Positions 18,674 through 27,500 are shown, counted from the stretch's first letter. The stretch: DNA of 64,000 nt from Eubacteriales bacterium (GCA_030526665.1 JAUNCI010000003.1:1635-65634), one strand, 5' to 3'. Translations and numbers: made by a program. The notes: a model not told the origin generated them from the sequence alone.

Positions 18674-19489
18674 TTACACAAGTAAATATGGCTGCTGCAT
18701 CTTTGCTTTTACAATTTCCAATTCCGGAAAAGCTTCTGCCAGTTCTTTTTCCATGGCATCTGCAAATATATATTCTGTACCAAAATGTCCGGCATCAATC
18801 AAAAATAATCCCTGCTCGACCGCATCCAATCCGGTATGATGATCAATATCGCCTGTGATATAAACCTGTGCTCCGGAATCCAGGGCATCTTTGAGAAGAC
18901 TTTTTCCGGATCCTGTACATACTGCAACCTCTTCGATCATTGCCGATGGATCACCGTAAATTCGGACATGTTCCAGTTTATTACATTTTTTGACATGTTC
19001 GGCACACTCAAGCAGGGTCATAGGACGTGGCAATTTTCCAACGCGTCCGATTCCCTGCGGTTCTTCTTCCGGTGCTGTTACAGATAGAACTCTCGTATCG
19101 GTAAGCTGAAAATAATCCGCACTCAGATCTGCCATACCTATAATGTCGTAGTTAGTGTGCATCGCATAATATTGAATACCATGCTGAATTAATTTCAAAA
19201 CCTTTCTTCCCAGAAAGTCATGATTATTTACTCTTTTCATTCCGCTGAAAATCATTGGATGATGGCTGATAATCATATCCGCACCGGCCTCGATTGCCTG
19301 ATCTACGATATTCTCTGTCAAATCCAGTGTCAGCATTACTTTGGTAACCTCTTTTGTATCATCACCAACCAAAAGGCCTACATTATCCCAGCTCTCGGCA
19401 TAACGCTCAGGATGATGCGCATCCAGCCAGGCAGTTAAATCTAAAACCTTCATATTTTCCCTCACATATATATTTTCAAAATCGCTCAA
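18674..19489 (-). CDS. Nif3-like dinuclear metal-centre protein (YqfO family)
   Basis: 271 aa with SWDNVGLLVGD and HHP motifs. Position downstream of trmK matches Bacillus yqfN-yqfO. Confidence 0.85.
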   Translation of the reverse strand: MSDFENIYVRENMKVLDLTAWLDAHHPERYAESWDNVGLLVGDDTKEVTKVMLTLDLTENIVDQAIEAGADMIISHHPMIFSGMKRVNNHDFLGRKVLKLIQHGIQYYAMHTNYDIIGMADLSADYFQLTDTRVLSVTAPEEEPQGIGRVGKLPRPMTLLECAEHVKKCNKLEHVRIYGDPSAMIEEVAVCTGSGKSLLKDALDSGAQVYITGDIDHHTGLDAVEQGLFLIDAGHFGTEYIFADAMEKELAEAFPELEIVKAKMQQPYLLV

Positions 19490-20198
19490 GTGCTTTACGG
19501 ATCACCGTCATTTCGTGTTCTACTTCACCAAGTCTGGACTTAGCTGTTTCGGTATCCTGCTTCTGCAATTGGTCTACGATTTTCTCATGAATCTTCCATT
19601 CACGTTCCAGGTATTGCTTTAATACCGGGTGTTTTTGTTCCAGCAATAACTTTCCGTAGCCTTCTTCCGGCGTATATTCCGGCATGCTTGATACATCTGC
19701 TTTCATGACTTTCATCATCGGATAATATTTTCCGTCTTCAAAAATCATTTTTTCTTCCACGATTTCCCAGCCTGCACTTCGGATGTATGTCCTGAAATGT
19801 GGGATATCTGACTGCGGTTGAAGGATCATTTCCGAAAAATATTCACGTACGTTTTTTCCATCCTCCAGAATTCGCTCCATCAAAGGTCCGCCCATACCGG
19901 CTATGACAAGCGTCCATTTTGCACCCTGATTCGAAATCATATCAGATTTCTCCAGTTTTTCCAGCCCATCTGACAGACGTGTCTCAATTCGATCACACAG
20001 TTGATGTGCTGCAATATTTTCCTTTGCGTGAGCTAACGGTCCCGGTCGTACATCCATTGCAATTGCTGACGGAACTTTACCACTTCTGGCCAGGTCTATA
20101 GGCAGATATCCATGATCACATCCAACATCTACCAGATAGTTTCCAGATGTAACCATGTCTGCGATTGCTGACAATCGTTCTGATAACTGCATAACCAC
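19476..20198 (-). CDS. trmK: tRNA (adenine22-N1)-methyltransferase
   Basis: 240 aa with SAM motif VDVGCDHGYLP. Conserved position after rpoD. Confidence 0.85.
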   Translation of the reverse strand: MVMQLSERLSAIADMVTSGNYLVDVGCDHGYLPIDLARSGKVPSAIAMDVRPGPLAHAKENIAAHQLCDRIETRLSDGLEKLEKSDMISNQGAKWTLVIAGMGGPLMERILEDGKNVREYFSEMILQPQSDIPHFRTYIRSAGWEIVEEKMIFEDGKYYPMMKVMKADVSSMPEYTPEEGYGKLLLEQKHPVLKQYLEREWKIHEKIVDQLQKQDTETAKSRLGEVEHEMTVIRKALERF

Positions 20199-20201
20199 CT
20201 C

Positions 20202-21350
20202 TTAGTCCAGATAATCCTTCAGCTGTCTGCTGCGGCTAGGATGACGAAGTTTACGAAGTGCCTTTGCTTCAATCTGACGGATACGTTCTCTGGTAACATT
20301 GAATTCTTTTCCAACTTCCTCAAGTGTTCTTGCACGTCCATCATCAAGACCGAAACGTAAACGAAGTACTTTGCGTTCACGTTCTGTCAGAGATTCCAGA
20401 ACCTTGCTCAACTGTTCTTTCAGAAGTGTAAATGCCGCAGCTTCCGCCGGTACCGGCACATTGTCATCCTGAATGAAATCGCCAAGATGGCTGTCTTCCT
20501 CTTCGCCGATTGGTGTTTCCAGAGAAACCGGTTCCTGAGAAATTTTCAGAATTTCACGTACTCGTTCAACAGACATATCCATTTCTTTTGCAATTTCTTC
20601 CGGAGAAGGTTCACGGCCAAGTTCCTGAAGAAGCTGTCTGGATACACGAATCAGTTTATTGATAGTTTCTACCATATGAACAGGGATACGAATGGTACGT
20701 GCCTGGTCGGCAATTGCTCGTGTAATTGCCTGGCGGATCCACCATGTTGCATAAGTACTGAATTTGTATCCTTTTCTATAATCAAATTTTTCAACCGCTT
20801 TGATCAGACCCAGATTACCTTCCTGAATAAGGTCAAGGAATAACATTCCACGTCCAACATAACGTTTTGCAATACTTACAACCAGTCGAAGGTTTGCTTC
20901 TGCGAGACGTTTTTTCGCCTCTTCATCGCCTTCTTCCATACGTTTTGCAAGTTCAATTTCTTCTTCTGCAGTTAAAAGATTTACTTTACCGATTTCTTTC
21001 AGATACATACGAACCGGGTCTTCAATGCTGACACCTTCCGGTACGGAAAGGTCGATTTTATCCAGCTCTACTTCTTCTGATTTGTCGCCATCGATCAGAT
21101 TATCTTCATCATCCAACATCATATCATCAGCAGATGCCTCATCTACTCGAAGTACGTCGACACCGCTCTGTTCCAGATAATCGAAAACCTTTTCCATGCT
21201 CTCAACATCCAGGGCCTGGTCTTTGAAATAATCATTGATCTCAGATGTTTCGAGTACATTTTTTTTCTTTTTTGCCAGTTCCAACAGTCCTGCGAGTTTC
21301 TTACTAAATTCTGCCATGTTCATTTCCATAAAAAATTGTTCCTCCGTCAT
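20202..21350 (-). CDS. rpoD: Primary RNA polymerase sigma factor (true start may be the internal MEMNMAEF methionine at 21329, downstream of GGAGG)
   Basis: 382 aa with regions 1.2-4.2 recognisable (YLKEIG, rpoD box [35 protein letters not shown]). Confidence 0.95.
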   Translation of the reverse strand: MTEEQFFMEMNMAEFSKKLAGLLELAKKKKNVLETSEINDYFKDQALDVESMEKVFDYLEQSGVDVLRVDEASADDMMLDDEDNLIDGDKSEEVELDKIDLSVPEGVSIEDPVRMYLKEIGKVNLLTAEEEIELAKRMEEGDEEAKKRLAEANLRLVVSIAKRYVGRGMLFLDLIQEGNLGLIKAVEKFDYRKGYKFSTYATWWIRQAITRAIADQARTIRIPVHMVETINKLIRVSRQLLQELGREPSPEEIAKEMDMSVERVREILKISQEPVSLETPIGEEEDSHLGDFIQDDNVPVPAEAAAFTLLKEQLSKVLESLTERERKVLRLRFGLDDGRARTLEEVGKEFNVTRERIRQIEAKALRKLRHPSRSRQLKDYLD

Positions 21351-21373
21351 GTTTTATCTATCGTATTTTAGAG

Positions 21374-23188
21374 TTATTCCTCGAATGTGACTTTCAATTC
21401 GTTTTGTCTTCTCTTTAATGCTTCTAGATCTTTTTTTGCTTTGATTACTCCTTGCAGCGCACTCATGTCTGTAGGATCCCAGTGATTATTCTTATAATTT
21501 AGGCTCTCCTCCAGAATACGTATCAGTGTATCAGAAAATGCTTTTTGCTGTTCTTCGGCACTCTCCAGATGTATGGTCGCGTTAAAAAGCGAGGCAACTT
21601 CCTGCTGTTCATCGCTGTCAGTAAATACATTCAAAAGGCGTGCCGGATTCACATCTCCTGCGGCATGCTGTTCAAAAAGCATCCTGGCTACTTTTTGATA
21701 AAGTTCTTCAACAAAATCCTCCGGCTTCAGATATTTTTCCACCTGATCAAATATCTTTGGATAGGTAACCAGCCAGGTAAGCATCAATTTCTGAGCCAGA
21801 TGTGCAGCCGATTCGCGTTTGCGTTTCTCCGGACGATTTTCATTCTGCAGCGTTTTTATCTGATTTTTATTCTCTAACGCAGTTCCCTTCATCGCCAGAC
21901 GATTCACTCGCTTTCTCAAATCATCTGCATTTACATGATATTGTCGATATTCTTTTACAATTGCTTCAATATATAGATTTCGTTCCAGTTCGTCCTGCAT
22001 TTCCAAAAGCAGCTGCGCACATTCCTCAAAAAACTGATTCTGCCCTTGCGGCTCATCCATTGCAAATTTGCGCTCTGCACTTGAAACACGGAACATAAAA
22101 CTGTCACGTGCTTTTTCGAGTCGTTCCTCAAATGCCTCCGCACCCATGGCCTTGATAAATTCATCCGGGTCTTTATAGGGTTTGAGGCTGACAACTCGCG
22201 AATTAAGACCTGCATCCCTCAAAATCGGAATCGCTCTTTGTGCCGCACGCACACCGGCATCGTCACTATCATACAGAAGCAAAACCTCTTTCGTATAACG
22301 TTTTAACAGACTGGCATGTCCGGATGTCAGTGCAGTTCCAAGTGATGCAACTGCATTTGTAAATCCGGCCTGATGCATTGTGATTACATCCATGTAGCCT
22401 TCGCAGACAATAATATAATTTTTTCTTGTTGTCCTTGCAACGTTTAAACCATAGAGATTACGGCTTTTATCAAAAATTTTGGTTTCAGGCGAATTCAGAT
22501 ATTTGGGCTTTGCATCTCCCATCACTCGACCGCCAAATCCGATTACCCGGTTATTCACATCCATGATTGGAAAAATAACCCGGTTCCAAAACTTGTCATA
22601 CATTCCTTTTTTCTCATCCACGTTGAACAGCCCGGATTCCCGGAGAAGCTCATCGCTGTAGCCTTTTGCTTTCAGGAACTTATACAGATCATTGCTATAT
22701 TTATCGGAATATCCCAGCCCGAATTTATTCATGGTCTCATCTGTGAGATTTCGATCCTGCAAATATTTTAATGCTGTTTTTCCATTTTCTCGCCGCAGCT
22801 GATAATAAAAGTACTGTGCAGCTTGTTTATTAATCTCCAAAAGGATCTGCCTGCGCTCCGCCTTTTCACGATTTTCCTTGGAATATTCAATCTTCGGCAG
22901 CTGCACGCCGGCTCGTTCCGCCAGCTGTCCCAGTGCTTCGCCAAAAGAATAGTTTTCGTATTGCATTACAAAATTGAAAACATTTCCTCCAGCGCCACAG
23001 CCGAAGCAATAATACATCTGCTTAGAAGGCGTCACGGAAAAAGATCCCGTTTTTTCATTATGAAAAGGACAAAGGCCAAAATAAGAACTGCCTTTGCGTG
23101 TTAGTTTCACGTATTGGGATATGACATCTACAATATCATTTTTTGATCGTACTTCTTCGATGATATCGTCAGTATATCGCATCAGCAA
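21374..23188 (-). CDS. dnaG: DNA primase
   Basis: 604 aa with zinc finger CPFHNEKTGSF..CFGCG and a TOPRIM domain (EGYMDV, DSDDAG). Confidence 0.95.
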   Translation of the reverse strand: MLMRYTDDIIEEVRSKNDIVDVISQYVKLTRKGSSYFGLCPFHNEKTGSFSVTPSKQMYYCFGCGAGGNVFNFVMQYENYSFGEALGQLAERAGVQLPKIEYSKENREKAERRQILLEINKQAAQYFYYQLRRENGKTALKYLQDRNLTDETMNKFGLGYSDKYSNDLYKFLKAKGYSDELLRESGLFNVDEKKGMYDKFWNRVIFPIMDVNNRVIGFGGRVMGDAKPKYLNSPETKIFDKSRNLYGLNVARTTRKNYIIVCEGYMDVITMHQAGFTNAVASLGTALTSGHASLLKRYTKEVLLLYDSDDAGVRAAQRAIPILRDAGLNSRVVSLKPYKDPDEFIKAMGAEAFEERLEKARDSFMFRVSSAERKFAMDEPQGQNQFFEECAQLLLEMQDELERNLYIEAIVKEYRQYHVNADDLRKRVNRLAMKGTALENKNQIKTLQNENRPEKRKRESAAHLAQKLMLTWLVTYPKIFDQVEKYLKPEDFVEELYQKVARMLFEQHAAGDVNPARLLNVFTDSDEQQEVASLFNATIHLESAEEQQKAFSDTLIRILEESLNYKNNHWDPTDMSALQGVIKAKKDLEALKRRQNELKVTFEE

Positions 23189-23283
23189 CCTCCTTTAATT
23201 TTGTTTCATTACTTATCATATTGCTTATTATTTTATATATTATTTATTTTATCAATTCTCTGTGTATCTTTTTATTCCTTGTT

Positions 23284-24294
23284 TTAAACAACACCCCATG
23301 ATTTTGGGATAAAAAGTTCTCTGAATTTTGACATTGAATATTGATCCGTCATACCTGACAAATAATCACATACAACTTGATTTTTGGGTTCTCCGCGCAA
23401 GGTGATCAAATCACGATATTCCTGCGACATGTGTTCAGGATGTTCGATATAATACCAATACAGTTGCTGTAACATCGCAATTGCCTTTGATTCTTCTTTT
23501 TTTGCTACCTTGTTTGTGTATACATTTTGAAACATAATTTTGCGAAGTTCCATCATTGCTTCCTGAATATCCTCAGACATCCGAATTTCAGGCTGGTCCA
23601 TGCTGTTTTCAATAATATTATGTACAAAAGTATTCAGGCGTTCCCTTGTCGTATATCCAAGCTGTATCCTCAGCGTAATTGGAATATCATCCTCTGTGAT
23701 AATATTTGCACGCTGCGCATCATCCATATCATGATGGATATATGCGATTTTATCAGCAAATCGAACGATCTGCCCTTCCAGTGTGGAAGGTTTTCCGCTT
23801 GTGCGATGATTTAGAATTCCATCCCGCACTTCCCAGGTAAGGTTAAGACCTTTTCCTTCTTTTTCCAGAACTTCCACTACACGAACACTCTGTTTATAAT
23901 GTGCAAATCCTTCCGGATTTTCATGATCCAGTGCTCTTTCCCCGGCATGTCCGAATGGTGTATGTCCCAGATCATGTCCCAGTGCAATTGCTTCCACCAG
24001 GTCCTCATTGAGTCGAAGTGCTTTAGCTATTGTTCTGGCAATCTGTGAAACTTCCAATGTATGCGTCAATCGATTTCGGTAATGATCTCCATGTGGTGCA
24101 AGGAATACCTGTGTTTTATCCTTAAGTCGACGAAATGATTTGCTGTGCAGAATTCTGTCACGGTCACGCTGATATGCCGTACGAACATCACATTCTTCCT
24201 CCGCACGCACACGTCCTTTAGACTTTCGACTGTATGCTGCATAAGGACTTAACAATTGCATTTCTCGCTCTTCCATTCGTTCACGAATATCCAT
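23284..24294 (-). CDS. dgt: dGTP triphosphohydrolase-like HD-domain protein
   Basis: 336 aa with RLTHTLEV..HDLGHTPFGH motifs. Position upstream of dnaG is typical for Firmicutes. Confidence 0.85.
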   Translation of the reverse strand: MDIRERMEEREMQLLSPYAAYSRKSKGRVRAEEECDVRTAYQRDRDRILHSKSFRRLKDKTQVFLAPHGDHYRNRLTHTLEVSQIARTIAKALRLNEDLVEAIALGHDLGHTPFGHAGERALDHENPEGFAHYKQSVRVVEVLEKEGKGLNLTWEVRDGILNHRTSGKPSTLEGQIVRFADKIAYIHHDMDDAQRANIITEDDIPITLRIQLGYTTRERLNTFVHNIIENSMDQPEIRMSEDIQEAMMELRKIMFQNVYTNKVAKKEESKAIAMLQQLYWYYIEHPEHMSQEYRDLITLRGEPKNQVVCDYLSGMTDQYSMSKFRELFIPKSWGVV

Positions 24295-24461
24295 ATCTCC
24301 ACCTCCACATTTCAGAGATCAACCTATTCGATTTCAGCCACTCGATTTAAAACATTCGATTTTATTATGTAATTATTATCTTTTAGAAAAATTCCTTTAT
24401 AATATATATTCTACGTTTTTTCAAAAAATCCTTTTTTATTTTCAATTTTTTTTATTTTTTT

Positions 24462-24491
24462 GTTGACTTTTATATTCTCCTTTGATATACT
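24462..24491 (+). promoter_or_regulatory. Promoter of tRNA-Leu copy 1 (TTGACT-18-TATACT)
   Basis: Near-consensus hexamers preceded by a long T-rich UP-like tract. Same architecture as copy 2. Confidence 0.6.
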
Positions 24492-24539
24492 ATCACTTGT
24501 CGCGAGGGAGAAGCAAAAAAATCCCATGAAATGCGATAT

Positions 24540-24624
24540 GCGGAAGTGTCGGAACTGGCAGACGAGCAAGACTAAGGATCTTGTGAGCAATGCGCTCGTG
24601 TGGGTTCAAGTCCCATCTTCCGCA
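24540..24624 (+). tRNA. tRNA-Leu(AAG): tRNA-Leu, anticodon AAG (A at position 34), copy 1
   Basis: 85 nt, class II tRNA. Acceptor GCGGAAG/CTTCCGC, anticodon stem CAAGA/TCTTG, loop CTAAGGA, long variable arm and T-loop TTCAAGT. No CCA is encoded. Confidence 0.85.
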
Positions 24625-24640
24625 TGTTTAGAACAAAAAG

Positions 24641-24668
24641 CCTCAAGCTTAAAGCTTGAGGTTTTTTT
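24641..24668 (+). terminator. Intrinsic terminator after tRNA-Leu copy 1
   Basis: CCTCAAGCTT A AAGCTTGAGG followed by TTTTTTT. Confidence 0.8.
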
Positions 24669-24681
24669 GTTCTGACCAAGC

Positions 24682-24898
24682 CGATGCGTGACTTGAATCC
24701 AGTGGATTCAAGGTCTCGCCTCCGGCTCGGTCGGTTCGGTGGAAAAAAGGTCCACCGGACCTTTTTTTATTTCCACCTCACCCCATCTTCCGGATCGATT
24801 GGTTTGTTCCATACGGTCCACTGGACCGCACTCACCCCATCTTCCGGAGGTTTTTGTTCATACCGTTTCGATGCGTGCCTTGAATCCAGTGGGTTAAA
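24682..24898. repeat. Patch of duplicated tRNA-flank sequence and tRNA-Leu 3'-end-like remnants
   Basis: CGATGCGTGxCTTGAATCCAGTGG occurs at 24682 and 24869. GGTCCAC(C/T)GGACC...TCACCCCATCTTCCGGA occurs at 24749-24794 and 24815-24848. CCCATCTTCCG equals the 3' acceptor/T-arm end of the adjacent tRNA-Leu. Confidence 0.6.
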
Positions 24899-25006
24899 TA
24901 TTTCTATTTTTTATATTCATATAATTGTTGATATGTTATGATTAGCAATATCGTACAATACGATACCTGGTTACTATTATTTTGTTATATATTGAAGGAG
25001 TTTTTT

Positions 25007-25933
25007 ATGGGAATTAATACTGTCTCGCTTATGGGGGCCGGTGCTATCGGTTCTTATTTTATTTATAATATGCAATCTCGTATGGGGAATTGTTTTTCGG
25101 TCGTTGCTCAGGGTGATAGAAAAGAACGTCTTGAAAAAGATGGGCTGCTTATTAATGGCTCACATATCATACCAAATGTTAAAACACCTCAGGAAGCACA
25201 GGGTGTTGATCTTCTGCTGATTACCACAAAATACGATGCATTAAAAGCATCCTTAGCAGATATTAAAAACATAATTGGTCCTAATACCATCGTACTTTCT
25301 CTTCTGAACGGTATCGACAGCGAAGAGATTGTAGAATCCGTCATTGGTCCCGGCCATGTTCTTCGTTCCTTTATACGCATTATTGCTAACCGTAAAGGCC
25401 GCGAAATTCATTTTGATGAGGCAGTCACTCATGAAGTTTATTTTGGCGAAGAAGACGGAAGTCATACAGAACGTGTTCAGGCAATTTGCGATCTTTTTGA
25501 TCAGACAAATATTCAATATGTGCTTTCCGATCATATTGAAGAAGCACAGTGGAATAAATTTGGTGTGAATATTTCAAATAATCTTCCGCAGGCAGTTTTC
25601 GGTGTCGGCTATCATGCCTATTTTCACTCCGAACATATGAAATTCATTCATCAGCGTGTAATGGATGAATTCTTTGCTGTAGCAAATGCCAAAGGATTTC
25701 ATATTCATCTGATTCCTACGCCACCGGAAGCCGCTGCACCTATGGCCCGCTTCTCAACATTGCAGGATCTGGATGCCAAACGCCATACAGAAGTAGATAT
25801 GTTCATGGGCGCATTTCTCAAAGAGGCAAAAAAACTCGGCATTGCTGTTCCTTACTGTGAATATACCTATCATGCCATCAAAATACTCGAAGAGAAAAAT
25901 GATAATCTTTTTGAAAAAACTGTTGACATCTAA
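25007..25933 (+). CDS. panE: 2-dehydropantoate 2-reductase (PanE/ApbA family)
   Basis: The ORF is 24938..25933. I prefer the start MGINTVSLMGAGAIGSYF (ATG 25007), which has GAAGGAG 6 nt upstream. Rossmann GxGxxG at the N-terminus. Confidence 0.8.
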   Translation: MGINTVSLMGAGAIGSYFIYNMQSRMGNCFSVVAQGDRKERLEKDGLLINGSHIIPNVKTPQEAQGVDLLLITTKYDALKASLADIKNIIGPNTIVLSLLNGIDSEEIVESVIGPGHVLRSFIRIIANRKGREIHFDEAVTHEVYFGEEDGSHTERVQAICDLFDQTNIQYVLSDHIEEAQWNKFGVNISNNLPQAVFGVGYHAYFHSEHMKFIHQRVMDEFFAVANAKGFHIHLIPTPPEAAAPMARFSTLQDLDAKRHTEVDMFMGAFLKEAKKLGIAVPYCEYTYHAIKILEEKNDNLFEKTVDI

Positions 25934-25951
25934 TCTATTCTTTGGTATAGT
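25922..25951 (+). promoter_or_regulatory. Promoter of tRNA-Leu copy 2 (TTGACA-18-TATAGT), overlapping the panE stop codon
   Basis: Consensus -35 and near-consensus -10, with the same spacing as copy 1. Confidence 0.6.
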
Positions 25952-25994
25952 ATCTTTTGTCGCGAGGGAAATTACTTCCCACGAAATGCGATAT

Positions 25995-26079
25995 GCGGAA
26001 GTGTCGGAACTGGCAGACGAGCAAGACTAAGGATCTTGTGAGCAATGCGCTCGTGTGGGTTCAAGTCCCATCTTCCGCA
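25995..26079 (+). tRNA. tRNA-Leu(AAG): tRNA-Leu, anticodon AAG, copy 2 (identical to copy 1)
   Basis: Same 85-nt sequence as 24540..24624. Confidence 0.85.
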
Positions 26080-26089
26080 GGAAGGTTAA

Positions 26090-26121
26090 ACACTCAAGTT
26101 TATTGCTTGGGTGTTTTTTTT
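26090..26121 (+). terminator. Intrinsic terminator after tRNA-Leu copy 2
   Basis: ACACTCAAG tttattg CTTGGGTGT followed by a T-run. Confidence 0.7.
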
Positions 26122-26202
26122 ATACATAATAAAAAATTCTATTTCCTATTATGTATAACGTACCATGAAGGATTTCTATCATGAGGAAAGGAATATTACC
26201 GA

Positions 26203-27384
26203 ATGAAAAACTACCAAAAAACCAAAATTGCCTGTTATCTTGGCTTTGTAACGCAGGCAATCGCTGCAAATTTTGCACCGCTGCTCTTTTTGAAATTTCA
26301 CAATGATTACCACATTTCACTTGGTAATATTGCCTTAATTTCAACCTTCTTTTTCTTTACGCAGCTGCTGGTCGATTTGTTCTGTGCCAGATACGTTGAC
26401 CGAATCGGATATCGAACAAGTATTGTAATTTCCGAAGTCTGTTCTGCCGTCGGACTGGTAGGTCTGGCATTCCTGCCTGAATTGCTGCCCTCTCCATTCC
26501 TTGGAATTATAATCAGTGTTATTGTATATGCAATCGGAAGCGGCCTGATCGAAGTTTTATGCAGTCCAATCGTGGAAGCCTGTCCGTTCGAAAACAAAGA
26601 GGCCACTATGAGCCTCCTGCATTCGTTCTACTGTTGGGGATCTGTTGGAACAATTCTTGTGTCAACGCTGTTTTTCTCTATATTTGGAATCAACAGCTGG
26701 AAATGGCTGGCAGTTTTACTGGCTTTCATTCCTGCTGTTAACATCTATAATTTTGCCACCTGTCCGATTGAACATCTTGTTGAAGAAGGAAGTGGCATGA
26801 GCGTTAAAAAGCTCTGCAAAATGCCACTCTTCTGGGTTGCAGTCATTTTAATGATTTGCTCCGGTGCTTCCGAATTATCAATGTCTCAGTGGGCATCCGC
26901 CTATGCAGAAGCCGCTCTTGGTTTTTCAAAATCGATTGGCGATTTAATAGGTCCGTGCCTGTTTGCTGTTGCCATGGGAATTTGTCGTGTATTCTATGGA
27001 AAATACGGAGATAAATGGGATTTAAACAAATTTATGGTCGGTTCCGGTATGTTATGTGTTATCTGCTACCTGATGGCATCTATTTCCGGCAGTCCAATTA
27101 TCGGTCTGATTGGATGTATTGTCTGCGGATTTTCTGTCGGAATCATGTGGCCGGGAACAATCAGTATTTCTTCAAAAACATTCCCAACCGGCGGAACCGC
27201 AATGTTTGCCCTTTTGGCAATGGCCGGTGATTTAGGAGGCAGCATTGGACCTGCTATCGTCGGACGAGTTGCTCAGAATCATGATGGAAATATGCGTGCC
27301 GGAATTGGTGTCGGCATCATCTTCCCGATCATACTTTTAATCGGCCTGTTTTTAATGTCAAAATTAACAGGCTCGAAAGAATAA
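26203..27384 (+). CDS. MFS transporter
   Basis: 393 aa, about 12 TM segments, with an MFS-type loop motif (ARYVDRIGYR). Confidence 0.8.
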   Translation: MKNYQKTKIACYLGFVTQAIAANFAPLLFLKFHNDYHISLGNIALISTFFFFTQLLVDLFCARYVDRIGYRTSIVISEVCSAVGLVGLAFLPELLPSPFLGIIISVIVYAIGSGLIEVLCSPIVEACPFENKEATMSLLHSFYCWGSVGTILVSTLFFSIFGINSWKWLAVLLAFIPAVNIYNFATCPIEHLVEEGSGMSVKKLCKMPLFWVAVILMICSGASELSMSQWASAYAEAALGFSKSIGDLIGPCLFAVAMGICRVFYGKYGDKWDLNKFMVGSGMLCVICYLMASISGSPIIGLIGCIVCGFSVGIMWPGTISISSKTFPTGGTAMFALLAMAGDLGGSIGPAIVGRVAQNHDGNMRAGIGVGIIFPIILLIGLFLMSKLTGSKE

Positions 27385-27396
27385 TTTCATAGAAAA

Positions 27397-27500
27397 CATT
27401 ATGAAAGACAATCATTATAAAGTATTGTGAAAGTCCTTCATTATAAAGTATTATGAACAACATTCATATAAAATATTATCAAAGTTCATTATTAAAGCAT
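27397..27500. repeat. AT-rich degenerate tandem repeat (about 26-bp unit CATTATAAAGTATTrTGAA..., 4-5 copies)
   Basis: CATT/CATA unit starts are at 27397, 27413, 27439, 27465 and 27487. The array lies between convergent genes. Confidence 0.6.

Noticed and set aside
24684-24941. 85-aa ORF in the tRNA-remnant patch, and the 71/75-aa ORFs overlapping the tRNA-Leu genes (24460-24675, 25957-26184)
   Set aside because: They overlap tRNA genes, terminators and repeat debris and have no RBS. The repeated LTPSSG peptide simply mirrors the DNA repeat.
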